This document shows positions 39,022-52,700 of a DNA stretch of 64,000 nt, one piece after another. Where the stretch lies: positions 4,156,001-4,220,000 of the forward strand of contig NC_087251.1 of NCBI RefSeq assembly GCF_037042905.1. Reading direction: 5' to 3'. A model generated the notes under the pieces. That model worked only from the letters and a program-made list of their open reading frames with translations, did no database searches and was not told where the DNA came from. The DNA is from Lytechinus pictus (taxonomy: Eukaryota). The translations under genes and the position numbers were made by a program. Position 1 is the stretch's first letter; each line of letters starts with the position of its first letter.

Positions 39022-42000
39022 ATGGGTAATGTGGTTAACAAGTTCACGAGTGCCTTTGGTGATTGGTCCAAAAACCCTACGCGTGTTCTCATGCTAGGCC
39101 TCGATGCTGCTGGTGAGTTCTTTATTGGTATTCTTGTGATCCTGCCATGTACCCGTTTTCATTTGATCGTATTGATTTACTTTTAATGGGCCTATACATT
39201 GAACGTACATAGATCTAGATAATACCTGTAAATAAGTACTTGTAGAAGTTTCTAGTGTGCTCTGACCACCAAGTGCTAATAGTATGGTAGAAAAGGAATG
39301 GGGTAAACTTCCTGAACATGGGAGGAAACTGTAAAGAAATACAAATTTGATATTTAAAACCCTGAAACAATCTAGGCTTGACTGCTTGTATGATGTTGTA
39401 ATGAGATGTAACATTCACATATCACGTGAATGATGTCTAAGTGGTAGAAATGGGAAGAAACTTTGCATATAAAATATGGTGTGGCTCAAATACAGGACAA
39501 TTTTAAAATAATAAAATGATATTGTGATTACAAAATAATACAGCAGTTTGGTGTTGACTATTATATACGTGATCATTATAAATGTTGTGTTGCATAGGGA
39601 AATGTGAACCAGCTTTATATCATGTCTATACAGCTCCGCTCACAATGATAGGGGGTATGAAGATGACATCTATAGGGGTTCCCCCTGAACTATTTATACA
39701 TTTGTTAGCTCTCGTGTGCATTGATGTGCAATGATTATATGAAGGAAAAGAAACACACTAAAACTGAATTCTTTCTGAATGTGTTACAAAACCAACTATT
39801 CGGGTATGTGTGTGGAAATAATGATATTTCTTCCGCATTTCGCGTTTCAGTGGTTTACATGTAGTATATTGTCAGCGCTTTGGATTGTATACACCTATCA
39901 TAGTTTCTTAGGAGTAAACAAAAAAGGAGGAAAAGAAAGAAAGAAAAAAGAAGTGAATAACATTACAGCACCTATACACTTACATTACATCATTAATTAG
40001 ATATGTAATTCCAGTCAGAATTTGACTCATGAAAAAATAACTATCAATCGATGGCCCATGGGTGCAAGTTCAATTCAATTCAAATAAACATTTATTTTCT
40101 TCTATTTCATTACATTTTTCGTAAACATTAATTCATACAAAAATCAATTATTATGAAGAATATAAATATATGTTGGGTTTAAAGAAGGAGGCGTATACCC
40201 TAAAGTTATGTCTTCTCACCCGCCCCTTCTTTACCAATCCGTCACTGTCAGTTCAAAGTCTGGCTTGTATACAGTGCGTCCCACAAAAAGGACATCCGTT
40301 TTCAGAGATAGATTTCACATTTATCAAATATGTTTTTACTATAAATTTGATACTCATGGCAAGAATGGGATCTCATCTCTAATTTGAAACCAACAGCTTA
40401 GCAAATCGTTCACGCATGGCAGCTTACAAACAATAAATATTGAGGCATATCAGAAACGATTTGCGCAGAAAATCACGTGTGAATCTGAATCCACTCTAAT
40501 TTTAGGGATCAGCGAGAGACTCTTAAAGGGGTGGTCCGGGCTGAAAATATTTTTATCTTAATACATAGAGTAGAATTCACTGAGCAAAATGCTGAAAATT
40601 TCATCAAAATCGGCTAACAAATAATAAAGTTATTGAAGTTTAAAGTTTAGCAATATTTTGTGAAAACAGTCGTCATGAATATTCATTAGGTGGGCTGATG
40701 ACGTCACATCTCCACTTTCCGTTTTCTTATGTTATTACATAAAATCATAATTTTTTCATTATTTCATACTTGTGTGAATAATATGTCTCCCTTATAATGA
40801 AATAAGTTGCAGCAATAAATATCTAATGCACTAAATCAGTTGTCAATCCAATTTTTCTAGTTCTTGGAGGAAAAAATTTGAATAAACCTAATTTCATATA
40901 ATAAAATACAAAAGAACAAGTGGAGATGTGACATCATCAGTCCACCTACTGAATATTCATGACGACTGTTTTCACAAAATATTGTTAAACTTTAAAATTC
41001 AATAACTTTGTTATTTGTTATCCGATTTCGATGAAATTTTCAGCATTTTGCTCAGTGAATTCTACTCTATTTATTAAGCTATCAATACTTTCAGCCCGGA
41101 CCATCCCTTTAACAAAGAATACAAAGAAATGCTAATGAGCGAGCAAATCTTGTCCAATGTTTCTGCGCAACCTGCTTTTTGCATTAACATTTCAAACACG
41201 TCTTGTCCATTAATGTGTTAAATGTTCATCTCATATTAGGTATCAAAATAAAGAGGAATAGTTGAATTATATGATTATGTGAATGAAATATCATAATTCA
41301 ATTCAATTTTCAATTCAATTTTATTCACATCTCTTTAAAAACATCAAAAGATCAAGTTTATTCAATACAAAATACAACATATATTATAAATAACATTATA
41401 AAAGAAATGGTAAAGTTGAAGGGAGGAGGATGTGGGGGATAAACAAAAGGCCATTGGCCTGTCAAGGTAAATCCTCGAATTTACCCCACTTCAAAAAATA
41501 ATACAAAATAACACATTACGAACACACAAACACACACTGTAATTGTAGAAAACATAAATTGGAATCCCGGTTTCCCCTTTTTTCTGGGACATACTGTATC
41601 AATTCATTATACTGGGATAAGTTACTTTGATATAAAAGGAAGTTTCTATCATAATTTGTCAAATCAATTAAACATGTTATGGGGGAGCAAATAAAAAATA
41701 CATAGTAATTCCAGAAGAGACCTTTATTGGGTTGAATGTATATAACCACTTAGACTTACAAAAGATTTGCATAATTATGTTTTCAAGTATATAAACAAAT
41801 ATATAGAGCGACATTATTGAACCCGAAACCGAAAATAGTTATGCAGCTTATAGTATGTTCTGTTGGATCATTAACACATTGTTCGTACCATTTAGTATAT
41901 CTTAAACAAAATATAATTGTTTTTATTGGGATTTTTTTAATGATTAAACCAACTAAATGTGAGATATGGTTGCTAATAATGAATAACACGAGATCAGTCC

Positions 42001-43667
42001 GATAACCAATCTCTCAAAATAATATCATTGAAAGTTCTTTAAACTCATCTATTATTTAAAAGTAATAAATAGACTCATATTAAATAGCCATTATCATGGA
42101 ACAAATTGATTGCAATATAGTTTTCGATACCTGCAAAACAGGAAAAATATAAATCATTGGGAAAATTCCATTTAAAGAAGAATTGAAAACGCAAAATCCT
42201 GATCGTTATATACAGGGTCAAACGCATGTTAATAATTTTTTTTTCTCCAAAAATCAATGAATGTTAGGACTATTAACTCATTTCCATACGCCATTGTTAA
42301 TTAACCAATAACTTCCTGATCCCTTGTTGGTAACGAGTTAATAGTGTCACTGAACTAGTTGAACATGATGTTTATGATGGTGTTTATGATAATGATGGTG
42401 GTATAAGTAGTAGTTGTGGTATCGTAAGCGGTATATTTTGATGACGGATACTAATTTTGGACAACTGGCCATGACGACGACGATGGAGATGATGACGACG
42501 ATGGCTTTTTTGCGGTGATGGTACATGGTACTGGTAGTGATAGCGGCAGTGTTTATGGTGGATGGTTGTGTTAGGAGATGAAGATGGTGGTGGTGGAGCC
42601 AAAAGTGTGATAATGTTCATGATGATGATGGCAGTTTAAGACTGTAATAATTAATCAAATCCTGTTCTATCTTCTAACCAGGTAAGACTACAATCCTATA
42701 CAAGCTGAAGTGTAATGAGACTGTTCAAACCATTCCTACCATTGGGTTTAATGTAGAGACAATTACACCCGTTCCTGGTCTAACTCTCACGGTATGGGAT
42801 GTAGGTGGTCAAGAAAGACTCAGGGCGCTATGGAGGCATTACTATGTAGGCACTGAAGGTAAATATACTTACTCTTTCATGGCGTATCACAATAATTATT
42901 TACCCAGGGTAGCCACTCTCAGCTGTAAGCTGTTCTTCCAGCGGGTCCTGCATAACCCTTCTGAATTCTCATACGTCGAGCGCCTGACAACAAGGCAGAA
43001 GTTCCAATTTTTAGAAGTCTTGGTATGACTCGTATAAGAAAAAATAAAAATAAAAGATATATAGTCCCTTGTATTTTTAGGGGGTGGTGTATTAGTTGCG
43101 CCATTTATAAACACATGGAAATATAACGTAGATTCAAAATAATCATATTATGTTGAGGAAAACATAAACAGCCTTGGACTTGTTTTTATACCAATACAAA
43201 CAGGGTCAACAATATATTTTAAGCTTCCCATTTGAATCAAAGTTGAAAAAAAATATAGCTATGTATAAAATAAGATTAAACGTTTTTTTACCAAGGCAAA
43301 GTCAAGCGCAGGAATATCTTTTATGTTGTGATCCATAATGATTGCCTTTAAAATAATATTGTGTGCAAGTTGATTTTAAACAGGCCATGAAGACGTAGAT
43401 CATGTTAAGGGCAAGGCGGTATATATATATACAGTATATAAACAAAAGAAGATCTAATAGAAACGCCGCGAGGAGACATAATCTTCCAAATTTTCGGTCA
43501 TAGACCTTTTTCAGGGATGATTTTATTAAATCCAAAACAGGTTGCATCATTTGGTGATGATACCAACGCGCAATAAATACATTGCGCAACAACATAACGC
43601 GGCAGGTGCATTGTTAGAAGACATTGTGACGTAATGAGTAAAGTCCAGGCAACTATTATGACGTAGA

Positions 43668-43743
<76 letters not shown>

Positions 43744-46700
43744 TCAGAAATCAGAAATGCGAAACAAATTCACGAGTAATGCAGTTTTTGAAGTGCCAAC
43801 AATTAAGTTCTTTTATTCACTCTCCAAATTTTCGGTAGACATCTACCTTCTTCACAATTCACAATTCACGAATCTTCCCTGAAGAAGGTAGATGTCTACC
43901 GAAAATTTGGAGAGTGAATAAAAGAACTTAATTGTTGGCACTTCAAAAACTGCATTACTCGTGAATTTGTTTCGCATTTCTGATGTCTTATTATTATTAT
44001 TGCCAATACGTGGAAAACCAAGATGCTTATATATATATATATATGTATATATATATGCGTCATCTGTTGAGTTGGCCTCGCCTCAACTCAACAGCGATTG
44101 GTAGAAGTAAACTTATCATCACACTATATACTGATATATATATATATATATATTATATGCCCCTTTTGGACCAAAATTTAACATATGAATTAGTTCCCTG
44201 TGGTTACTAATGTTTCTCCATTCGCCATATGGAAATGAAGATGGAAATATGTCCCTTCTTGAATTGATGGTATTTTTGTCATTTTTTATTGCAATTATGT
44301 CCTTTCAGGCATCGACAATATACCATTTTTTTTTGCTTCTAAAAGGGGTGGATCCGTTTTCTGCGCCACGTTTCCCCAATACTAGATCTGTCCCCAGCAA
44401 CATCTTAGCATCATATCATTATACCCACGTAGAAACCAAGTACAGATCATGAGCTTCTCCTCAGATCATAATACATACTTCCTTCCCTATATAAACACTC
44501 GACAAGCTATGAAAGACATAATACTTCCATAGAATGTATAGCTATGGTAGTAGGTGATGAAAAAAAGCTAAAAAATCGTTTATGATTGTTCATTGCTATA
44601 CGACCGCTACAATTTACACTGAGAAAAAATGAATAAAACTCTGTAAAAGTGTGTTTATACCATGTATAAATATATAACATTATTCTCAGATGATTTATCA
44701 AGTCATGTTTATGTATGACGAAGTATTCATTGCTCATTTATCATATACATGTACGTAATTTCCTGAATATTATTCTTAGAGTAATGGTCATTTTATATAC
44801 ATTAAAGGGAATTATGAGATTAAAAATATGCTACAGTGGTTGAATCTAAACACAGGGGCAACACTAGAAGAGCAGGGGCGATAGCCCCTATGATTTAACA
44901 AGTTAAAGCATATAAAGAAGAGAAGGGAAAAGAGAGAAGGGGGAAGAAGTAAAGTATCTAAAATAAAACTGTGTCTTGTAATTCTGTATTACCTTGTTAT
45001 TCAAACTTACGTCACTTTTAGGTTGTTTTGCCACGCCCTCTCCGTTTCAAACTACCCTGGCGCCGCTCTATTCAATTCAATTCAATAAAAAATTCAAATA
45101 AAAATAAAAATATTTAGATAAAATGTAAAATAATATAATATATGCATAAATGTAGCAACACATACAACAAATAAATATAATTTATACATTCATGTAAACC
45201 TCATAATTATATACGTTTGGTAATTATTGGAGCATATGGGGTTATTGCCTATCTCCCAAATACCCCCTTCACCCTGCCCAGTACACTATAGTGGTGACGT
45301 CACTAGTTCCCTGTGAGTTGCAGTCAAACTAGTTTATGTTGCACTTATCGAAATGATACTCCATTTTACCCTTTCTTACTAAGAAACTTAATATACATAA
45401 GAAAAGGAACACATGGACATTTTGTAAATCTCACACTTATCACAGTGAAAAGTGTCGGTAATTGACGTAAATATGATATGGAAAATGTAAAATGTCTCTA
45501 GCTTGTAAAGATTGTGTAATTCATTTCGGAAGAGATGTGAAAATATTTAGCAATGAATTATGAATGATCTTCCTAAGTGCTCTAAAAAAAAATGAAGGCA
45601 ATGTATATAGGTCACTGACGTCTACGCTTAATTCTGTTTGTGTTTATTTTATTATCTGCCTTTTTTTAATGCAATTCATTAAAGTCAATTGATAGCCATG
45701 TATAGTGCAAGATTTATTTGTGCAGATTGTTATTCCGAGGGGCAATAACGCGATTTCAAATGTTGAGCTCTGTGTCCAATGTGTCGTGTGATTGCCTCCT
45801 TTATTTTGACTGATCAAAAATTTCACTTTTTGTATAGACGAATATTATGAACACGGAACTCTAATTACACGCTCTGGCCCACATAATAATGGAGGGGTGG
45901 TGGTGGGTGGGGGCTTTGGGACCATCTCGTAGGAAAAAAGGAGAACAGTAAAGAAGATGTGTAGGATATGTTGATTTTTATGAATATTATATCAAAATCT
46001 AATACAAATTAGATTGCTATTTCGAAAAAGTCATTTTTACTCGCTCGGGACTTTTAAGAAATATTGCCACGCACGCCATGCTAAAAAGTTTGGGTACATT
46101 TGCATTGGCGGATCAAAGGAGGGGGGGGGGGGGTGGGCTGAAAGAAAAGTGTGATAAAAAAAAGACTATAAAGTGTGTATATATTTTTGTATCCCCACCC
46201 CTGGCGTCGTGGTTAGAGTAGATTCCTTTTTTCCACGGGAAACTCACAAATGTTGTGACCTTTTTCCTCTGTGTTTGACATCATTTGTAATGGGTTAGTG
46301 GTGACGTTTTTTCTCTGTGTTTGACATCATTTGTAAAACGTTATTAGGCCCAATTTTTGCCCCATTTCCTCAGATCCGCCACTTTTATTTTACGATGTCG
46401 CACATTACACCAAGCAAACTGACTTTGATTCATGATTATTTGACTCAGGACCTTGCTCAACTCATTGGGAATCTGCAGTGTCGTACAGATGGGAGGGCTT
46501 GTAGGGCGCTTTGCCCCCCCCCCCCCCAAAAAAAAAAAAAAAAAAAAACAGAAAAAAAAATCACTATAAAAAATAGAAAAGGAAAGACAATCAAAGAGAG
46601 AAGGGTGAAATGTGATATTATTTTCTGAATATAATGTCAACATTTATCACAAAATTTGTTTTTTTTTTTTATTTTAAATATGTCGATTTTTGGCTCGCTT

Positions 46701-49700
46701 CACGACAAATTCGGCCCCCTCACAAATTTTGGGTCATTACGCCACTGAGAATTTGAGACTGAAGTTTTATTATCCCATCGACGTGCTTCGACATAAATTT
46801 AATTCGCTATAATTAAAACATTACTTCAGACTTCAAAAATAAATGACGTGGGTACGTTTTGCCTATTTGGAAATACGATTTGTTTCGGTTATATTTGGTA
46901 ACTTGAAATAGGAAAATAAAGCACTTAACATTTTAAATTGCTTCCTTCATTTGAATAAAACCACTCAATGCGGTATCGCTCGAAATTGAAACATCATTTT
47001 AATAATTAATGGAAAGTAACAATTGGCAAAACATCCATCTTTGAAGGACGTAATCTTCGTTGGAGATTTCCCTTGATTTTTTTCTTGTGAACAATACCTT
47101 AGACATGTTGAAAGCGACTCGAGTGCAGAAGCAGAAGGGGGGGGTGAGAGTAAGTGTGTTGATTAATTGTACGATACAATACGATCTTACGGGGTGTTAC
47201 CAAATACTTCCTAAATTATCTTCTCATTTGTTTATCACTTGACTCGAGTATAAACAGGACTGATATTTGTCGTTTGCCGCGCTAAAATCAAGACGGTATA
47301 AGTTTGTAATTTTATCGTTCATACTGATACTGCAATTGTTATTGTACATTTGTAAAATAATCTAATGAAATCAATTTTACCAATTCTATCAAATTACTCC
47401 TTGAAAAGGGATCACAGGTTTGGTATGAAAGCTTGGTAAAAGTTATAATCATCCCAAAAATAATTTGTGTAGCCCTCGATATGGTAGATAATCAGACAAA
47501 TAAGTAAAACCTTCATATTAATCTGCCATATTCATGATCTGCGTTAGAAGGCAAACTCTGTAAGCCCATATTATGATTTGACTTGATATGAGATTGGCAA
47601 GCATTTTACATCCCAAGCCTATATTGTCTGTCGAACAGTAAAGGTAGTTTCTTATAACCTATTAACAGTGAAACTGGGATCATTCGGAAAAAGGAAGTTC
47701 CTGGACCTATTGGGGAGGAAGTGATGAATTCCTGCCAACCCACCATGCCCACAATAAGACTACCTGAAACAATATTAATTGGTCATCGTTGTCAATATAT
47801 ACCAGTACAGTGTAAGGTATCTTTCAATTTCAATTCAACTTTGCTAAAAATACTTCGAATGATTGAATGATACCTCAAGCGAGAAATTGGGAGTGCGTTA
47901 TTCATGTTTTAGGGCATTTTGTATAGCATGAAATAAATTTCATTATTAGAAATGTGAAACAAGTGAAATGGAATTTATTAAATGAAAATATAGGACTGGA
48001 CAAAACTTTAATGAAAGTGCATTAAAGCTATTAACATTTTTCTCAGAACTAATTTGATAAATAATTGCCCACAAAAAGTCCATGTGACTCCAATTTTCAG
48101 TCTTTGCAAAGGCTTGCATCAGGAGTACCAGTTTCTAAATAACTCCCTGGGAACAGTATGCTGTCAAAGTATGCCATATGATTAGTTTCGTTTTTGGAAT
48201 ATAAGTCATAAAAACATAACTATAAAACAATATATTCACAGTGCTTAAACCATTGCTCAAACCACTTGACTTTGACTTCAAGAATTCACTTCAAATGGAC
48301 AAATACCCTTTCTCCTAGATAAAAAGACGTATATTCAGTAATTAATCACTGAATAAATTGAGGTTCAATCGTGCATTATTATATTTAAAAATGAAATGCA
48401 ATGATCTAACAAACCTATCGATGAATTGATGTGAGGGGCTAATACCCCTATACAACGGCACAGCAAATTATCGATGCGAGTAGATCGCGGTTACTTCATT
48501 CAAAACAGAGTATCAATATATGAATAGCAATGGGCATTTTTTTTTTATATTCAATACCGTTTATATTGTCATGGTAGTATTACAACGTAATTAACAATCT
48601 GTGATTAGATAAAATGGTGGCTATTATAGCTTATTGTGTAAGAAAATTCAGATATTATTTGGGTTTTAATAAACGTATTTAATTTTGATGAAAATATTTT
48701 GATATGATTTAAGAATGGTGATTACAGCTTTAGATATTTATTATTTGTTCCAGGGGCCTATATCACGAAATTCATCTTCATATATTTGGATAGAAAGGCA
48801 TTTCCAGCCTTGACTTGGAATTTCTAACTTACTAACAGAGTAGCAATGCCAAGAATAAAACTAGTTCAACACGTTTTAGGGATTATACACAGTAAAACGC
48901 TTAATATTAATGAAGGCCTGGTCCCACTGGCCGACGGACACAAAACGATACCGGGTACAGCGGACAAGCAAAATTTCGGAGGTGGCTCTATCCGTTTTCA
49001 TCCGCTCCAGGCAATGGACAAAATGGGCGAACAATGAAATCACAGTGTCGGGACGGATGCTAGAGCGTTTGAAACGTCGTATGCAAAGAGTACAAATCGG
49101 ATGCATATAACGTTTTCCAATGGATGGCAAGATTCTTTTCCGTTTTACATCCTGTCTGCATCCGTAAGTGCAGTGGGACCGAGTCTTAACAATTTGACAT
49201 TTTTGATGTATGAACTGAGAAGTAGGGGAAGGCTGGGTAAGTTGAGCATAGTATAGGGGTAAGTTGAGCCACCACCCCAGGCCAATAATAAATGAGTCAG
49301 ACATTGTGGTGGTGTCATGTATTGATGACCCATTACGTAACCTTTATCCCCACCACATTGTTTTCAACTTTGAAACAAAAAGTACATTTTTAGAGGGAAA
49401 AATACAAATTCAATTTTTACTTAATTTCACAAAACATTTATATTCACATCCTGGTTGGTATGCAAATGAGGGGACTGATGTCATCACTCACTCACTATTT
49501 CTTTTGTATTTCATTATATGAAGTATGAAATATTCCAATTTTCTCCCCGTTGTACTGTGAAAAAAGTTGTATTCCTCCCTGAACATGTCGAATTATCATT
49601 GTTTCAAGTTAACATTTTTATGGTTCGGTCAAGTTGGTCCTTATTGTCAAATCTGTAAAAATTGAAATATTGTATAATTCAAACAATACAAAAAAAGAAA

Positions 49701-52700
49701 TAGTGAGTGAGGGACGTCAACGACTCTCATTTGCATGTCACTGAGTTGTGCAAATAACTGTTTTGTGAAAAATAAGCGAAATTTTAAATTTTCGTAACTT
49801 TCTTATTTCATATCCGATTTTGATCAAAATTTCAGCGTTATGCTTGTTTGATTTTTCTCTTTTGATTAAAATCAACATTTTTCTGGGGTGGACTTGACCT
49901 TTAAATATAATAAAGAAATACGAACAATATTGTTAGCCCAGGTATGGATTATCATTCTTGTCATATATAGTTTTTTACATGATGGATGCATAAGAAATGT
50001 ATGGATGTGAAAATATGCATTAAGTTCGGACTGGGGTAATTTGAGCCAGCCAACATGGGGCAAGTTGAGCCAAGGTAATTCTTATGCTAATGTATACTAA
50101 TAAAAAAAACTTAAAAGGCCATTGATATGCAGGCAGAAAGGAGCAAATTCATATGACATTTCTTTTACTTTTAGAGGATGTTAGTATTTATAAAGAATTA
50201 GTAAGTGAAAAGACTTTAAATAAAAATTTGACATGCTGGTTCTTCCCGCATACATTTTGTACATAGTTTTTGTGGCTCAACTTAACCCAGAAGGTGGCAC
50301 AACTTACCCCACAGATGGGGCAAGTTGAGCCATTTGACATCGGTTTTTTTTTCAAAGGTGACAATGACCATGATGATTTTCAGTATGGGGGTAGAAAGTT
50401 ATTTGTAGGTGAAAAATATTTCTTTAGAATTAAATTTAAAGGCAAGGTACTTATTTCTACAAGATTATTTGTCATATCAATTCTAACATGCAAAATGTGT
50501 CACAACTTACCCCGCCTTCCCCTACTGTTTGTGCAGGTTTTAAACGAAAGTTTTGACATGTAGGGCCTAAACAGCAATGTCCAGTTCTGAAATTAATTGT
50601 TTAAAAATGAACTTCGTATTATTTTTTGAAAATTATTCAAACGTATTCAAACTGTAAGAATTGCCCATAACTTCATAAAGTAAATCAGGTCAAAGGCCTA
50701 CAGATGGGGGACCTTGGGGTGTTTGCCACAAACAAATTTTTACGACCAAGTAACAAAGGAAGGAAAAGAAAAGGGTGAAATGTCATATTATTTTCTGAAT
50801 ATTATGTTAAAATCTATCACAAAATTTTATTTTTGTACTAAAAATGTCGAAATATTTGCTCGCTCGCAACTTTTTGTGTGTAAATTTTGCCCGATATGCC
50901 AGACCTGGCGCCCTCAGAATTTTGGGCTCATTATTCCACTGAATCAGGTTGTTTGAATTTATATACTGTAGATTGTAAAGATTGTACAGTGTAATTTGTC
51001 TTTTAACTCCATAATAGTAATAGTTATACTCCATCTATAAAAAAAAAAACCCGAGGCATTCAAAATTTTTCATCTTAAAAAAAAAATTAAATGGTTAGTT
51101 GTGGGCTACCCATACAATCGCGTCTTTTGCACAAAATTATTTTGTTTAACGATTATTATGATCTTTCATTATTTTAACCCAACAATACAGTTCAACAATG
51201 AATAACTTTATCAAAAAATAAATTTTGGCTGTAGGAATCAACATCCTGATTGCAGAATAGTATACTGGTATAGCGTATAATATGCACACAACCCAAGTAT
51301 ATATGTCTAGCTGTAAAACATTATATGCCTACAATATTCATAAGTGAAACTAGCATTGTGAAAGGTTAATGAGATTATATTTTGTCATTAATAACAGTAT
51401 GGCCTATAGGGCATAACGAGTGGATGTTGATGGTGGTGGTGGTGGTGGTGAGGGGAATGGAGGGGATATGTTACAAACACAGAAAGGGCAAACTGGATTT
51501 TTGAAATAATTTTTTACTTCTATTCATATAATTCCTTATTATTTTGTGTACGTGTGAAAGTATCCCAGCTGTTGTTCGGGATCTTATCTGCATGAGTCTA
51601 ACCGTTATTTTAACCTGCCTTTCAACAGGAATCATCTTTGTAATAGACAGTGCAGATCAAATGAGATTCTTGGATGCAAGAGAAGAATTATTCAACATGT
51701 TGAATTCAGATGATATCTTGGATGGTACACCGCTTCTTATACTCTGCAACAAGCAAGACATGAGCGGTAAGATTAGTCTTTTATTTCTTTGGCCTAATTG
51801 ATAGGATTTGGGGCAGACGAGTTCTTTTTTTCACAAGAGATTTATTTTGTGACACCATAATATTTTTCATTATTCCAAACCTTTGACAGATTCATTACTT
51901 TTTAAAAGGCAGTAATAATGCCCTGGATCGAAAACTCAGTCACCTCAGCATCCAATTGCACTACTGGTTTAATTATACAATAATTTCTCATAAAGGACAG
52001 GAGGCATGATGATATACCTATATCTCTTTATCCTTAGACAAAATATTGAATTAAAAAAATATTGGGTGTGACGGTTTCCAGAAAATCAATTGTGCTCCCT
52101 CAAATATTTTTCAAGCACCTGAGAGTCGCAACCAGTTGAAAATATTTGCGGTAATCGGTAATGGGCAAAAGTCGTAAGGATATGGAACGTTTTATCATTC
52201 TGGAAATCATTGAAACTGATAATGCCTGAATTAAAAGGTGGTGCTGGTAGTTTTATCTAGCAAAGATTTTTCACCTAATTACTTTTTCTTTTGTCTTCAT
52301 AAATAAATTACCTTTCTTGTCAATGGCAATACACTTTCCGTTCATTTCCGATATATCAACGTTGTTGTTTTTTGTTTTACTTTCCTTTGTTTCTAAATGT
52401 TTTCCGGGATTGTTTCAATTTCTAACCATCCCAGCCTATGACCTCCGTTCAAAACGAATGCTTAAAATAATTCGATTGAGTTATATTTCTTTTAAGTTGA
52501 ATCTGATTTGAAGTAAATGAACTGTTAAAAGTTAATGGAAGTTAAGATGAAAATAGGAGATTGAATTATTTCATTCTTCTTAATGTCAAGAAAAAGTTTT
52601 CCAAAGACATTATCAGTACATGTTGGGTACACGCATTTAAATTCAGTCTTGTTTAAACAGTGCAAAGTTTACTCCATTCATTCCAGACAACTTGAAATGG

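Noticed and set aside
47640..47820. Exon-like stretch in intron 2 of paralog 3
   Set aside because: Short open frames on both strands with no identifiable product or similarity to ARF exons.
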